Assembly (NCBI GenBank): GCA_963766735.1
Contig: CAVYBU010000008.1
Coordinates: forward strand, 192,001 to 256,000
Direction of reading: 5' to 3'
Source: an uncultured Chloroflexia bacterium
GTDB lineage: Bacteria > Chloroflexota > Limnocylindria > Limnocylindrales > CSP1-4
DNA length: 64,000 nucleotides
Below are positions 63,410-64,000 of this stretch, one piece after another; within the stretch, counting starts at the first letter, position 1, and each line of letters begins with the position of its first letter. The notes beneath the pieces are model-generated. The model searched no databases. It was not told the origin of the DNA and saw nothing but the letters and a program-made list of their open reading frames with translations. Made by a program: the position numbers and the translations under genes.

Positions 63410-64000
63410 ATGGCCTCGATCCACCCCTACCTCGACGACTCGGATCGGCCCGACCGGCTGAGCGGCGGGGTGGCGATGATCCCGATCACCACGCCCAAGG
63501 GCACCTTCCGCGTGTGGACCAAGCGCGTCGGCAACAACCCGAGCGTGAAGGTGCTGCTCCTCCACGGCGGCCCGGGCGCGAACCACGAGGGCTTCGAGGC
63601 CTGCGACAGCTACCTGCCGGCCGCGGGGATCGAGTACTACTACTACGACCAGCTGGGCTCGTCGTACAGCGACCAGCCCGACGACCCCGACCTGTGGGAG
63701 CTCGACCGGTTCGTCGACGAGGTGGAGCAGGTCCGGATCGCCCTGGGGCTCGACCGCTCGAACTTCTTCCTGTACGGCCAGAGCTGGGGCGGCATCCTGG
63801 CCATGGAGTACGCCCTGCACCACGGGGAGGCGCTCAAGGGGCTGGTCATCTCCAACATGATGTCGAGCTGCCGCGCCTACAACGCGTACGCCGAAGACGT
63901 GCTCATGCCGGCGATGGACCAGGACGCGCTGGCGGAGATCAAGGATCTCGAGGCGCGCGGCGACACCGCCGATCCCCGGTACATGGAGCTTCTCCTGGAG
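63410..64000 (+). CDS. Proline iminopeptidase family hydrolase (partial, runs off window)
   Basis: VWTKRVGNNP, LHGGPG, YDQLGS, GQSWGG; open to the window end. Confidence 0.88.
   Translation, partial: MASIHPYLDDSDRPDRLSGGVAMIPITTPKGTFRVWTKRVGNNPSVKVLLLHGGPGANHEGFEACDSYLPAAGIEYYYYDQLGSSYSDQPDDPDLWELDRFVDEVEQVRIALGLDRSNFFLYGQSWGGILAMEYALHHGEALKGLVISNMMSSCRAYNAYAEDVLMPAMDQDALAEIKDLEARGDTADPRYMELLLE

Overview
A 64 kb, very GC-rich (visually about 70%+) bacterial chromosomal segment. Gene content and order (obg-nadD-rsfS, comEA-comEC-HD-holA, rho, LCP, tkt-rpiB-gnd-zwf-opcA-pgl, repeated ECF-sigma/propeller cassettes) suggest Chloroflexota, possibly Limnocylindria/Ellin6529; this is inference. Housekeeping genes: an Mre11/Rad50(YhaO/YhaN)-like pair, CPD photolyase, CorA, citrate synthase, pentose-phosphate genes, pseudouridine catabolism, pyrG, rho, obgE, nadD, rsfS, holA and competence genes. 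Many genes, mostly at 0-2 kb and 17.6-29 kb, have single-base frameshifts that look like long-read sequencing errors, so some boundaries are approximate. No tRNA, rRNA, CRISPR array or transposase was recognised. The most interesting elements are: (i) a CGNR/ABATE zinc-finger regulator divergent from a two-microprotein operon, with two GTAACC-N18-GGTTAC palindromes overlapping back-to-back sigma70-like promoters; (ii) a tandem array of ECF-sigma / membrane-anchored beta-propeller / lipoprotein cassettes with deletion scars and a recurring GCATC-N17-CGCCA motif; (iii) a collapsed tandem array of LipJ-like hydrolase-cyclase genes; (iv) a secreted Gln/Thr-repeat protein next to a kinase whose sensor region is only a disordered Pro/Ser tract; (v) several structured untranslated leaders.
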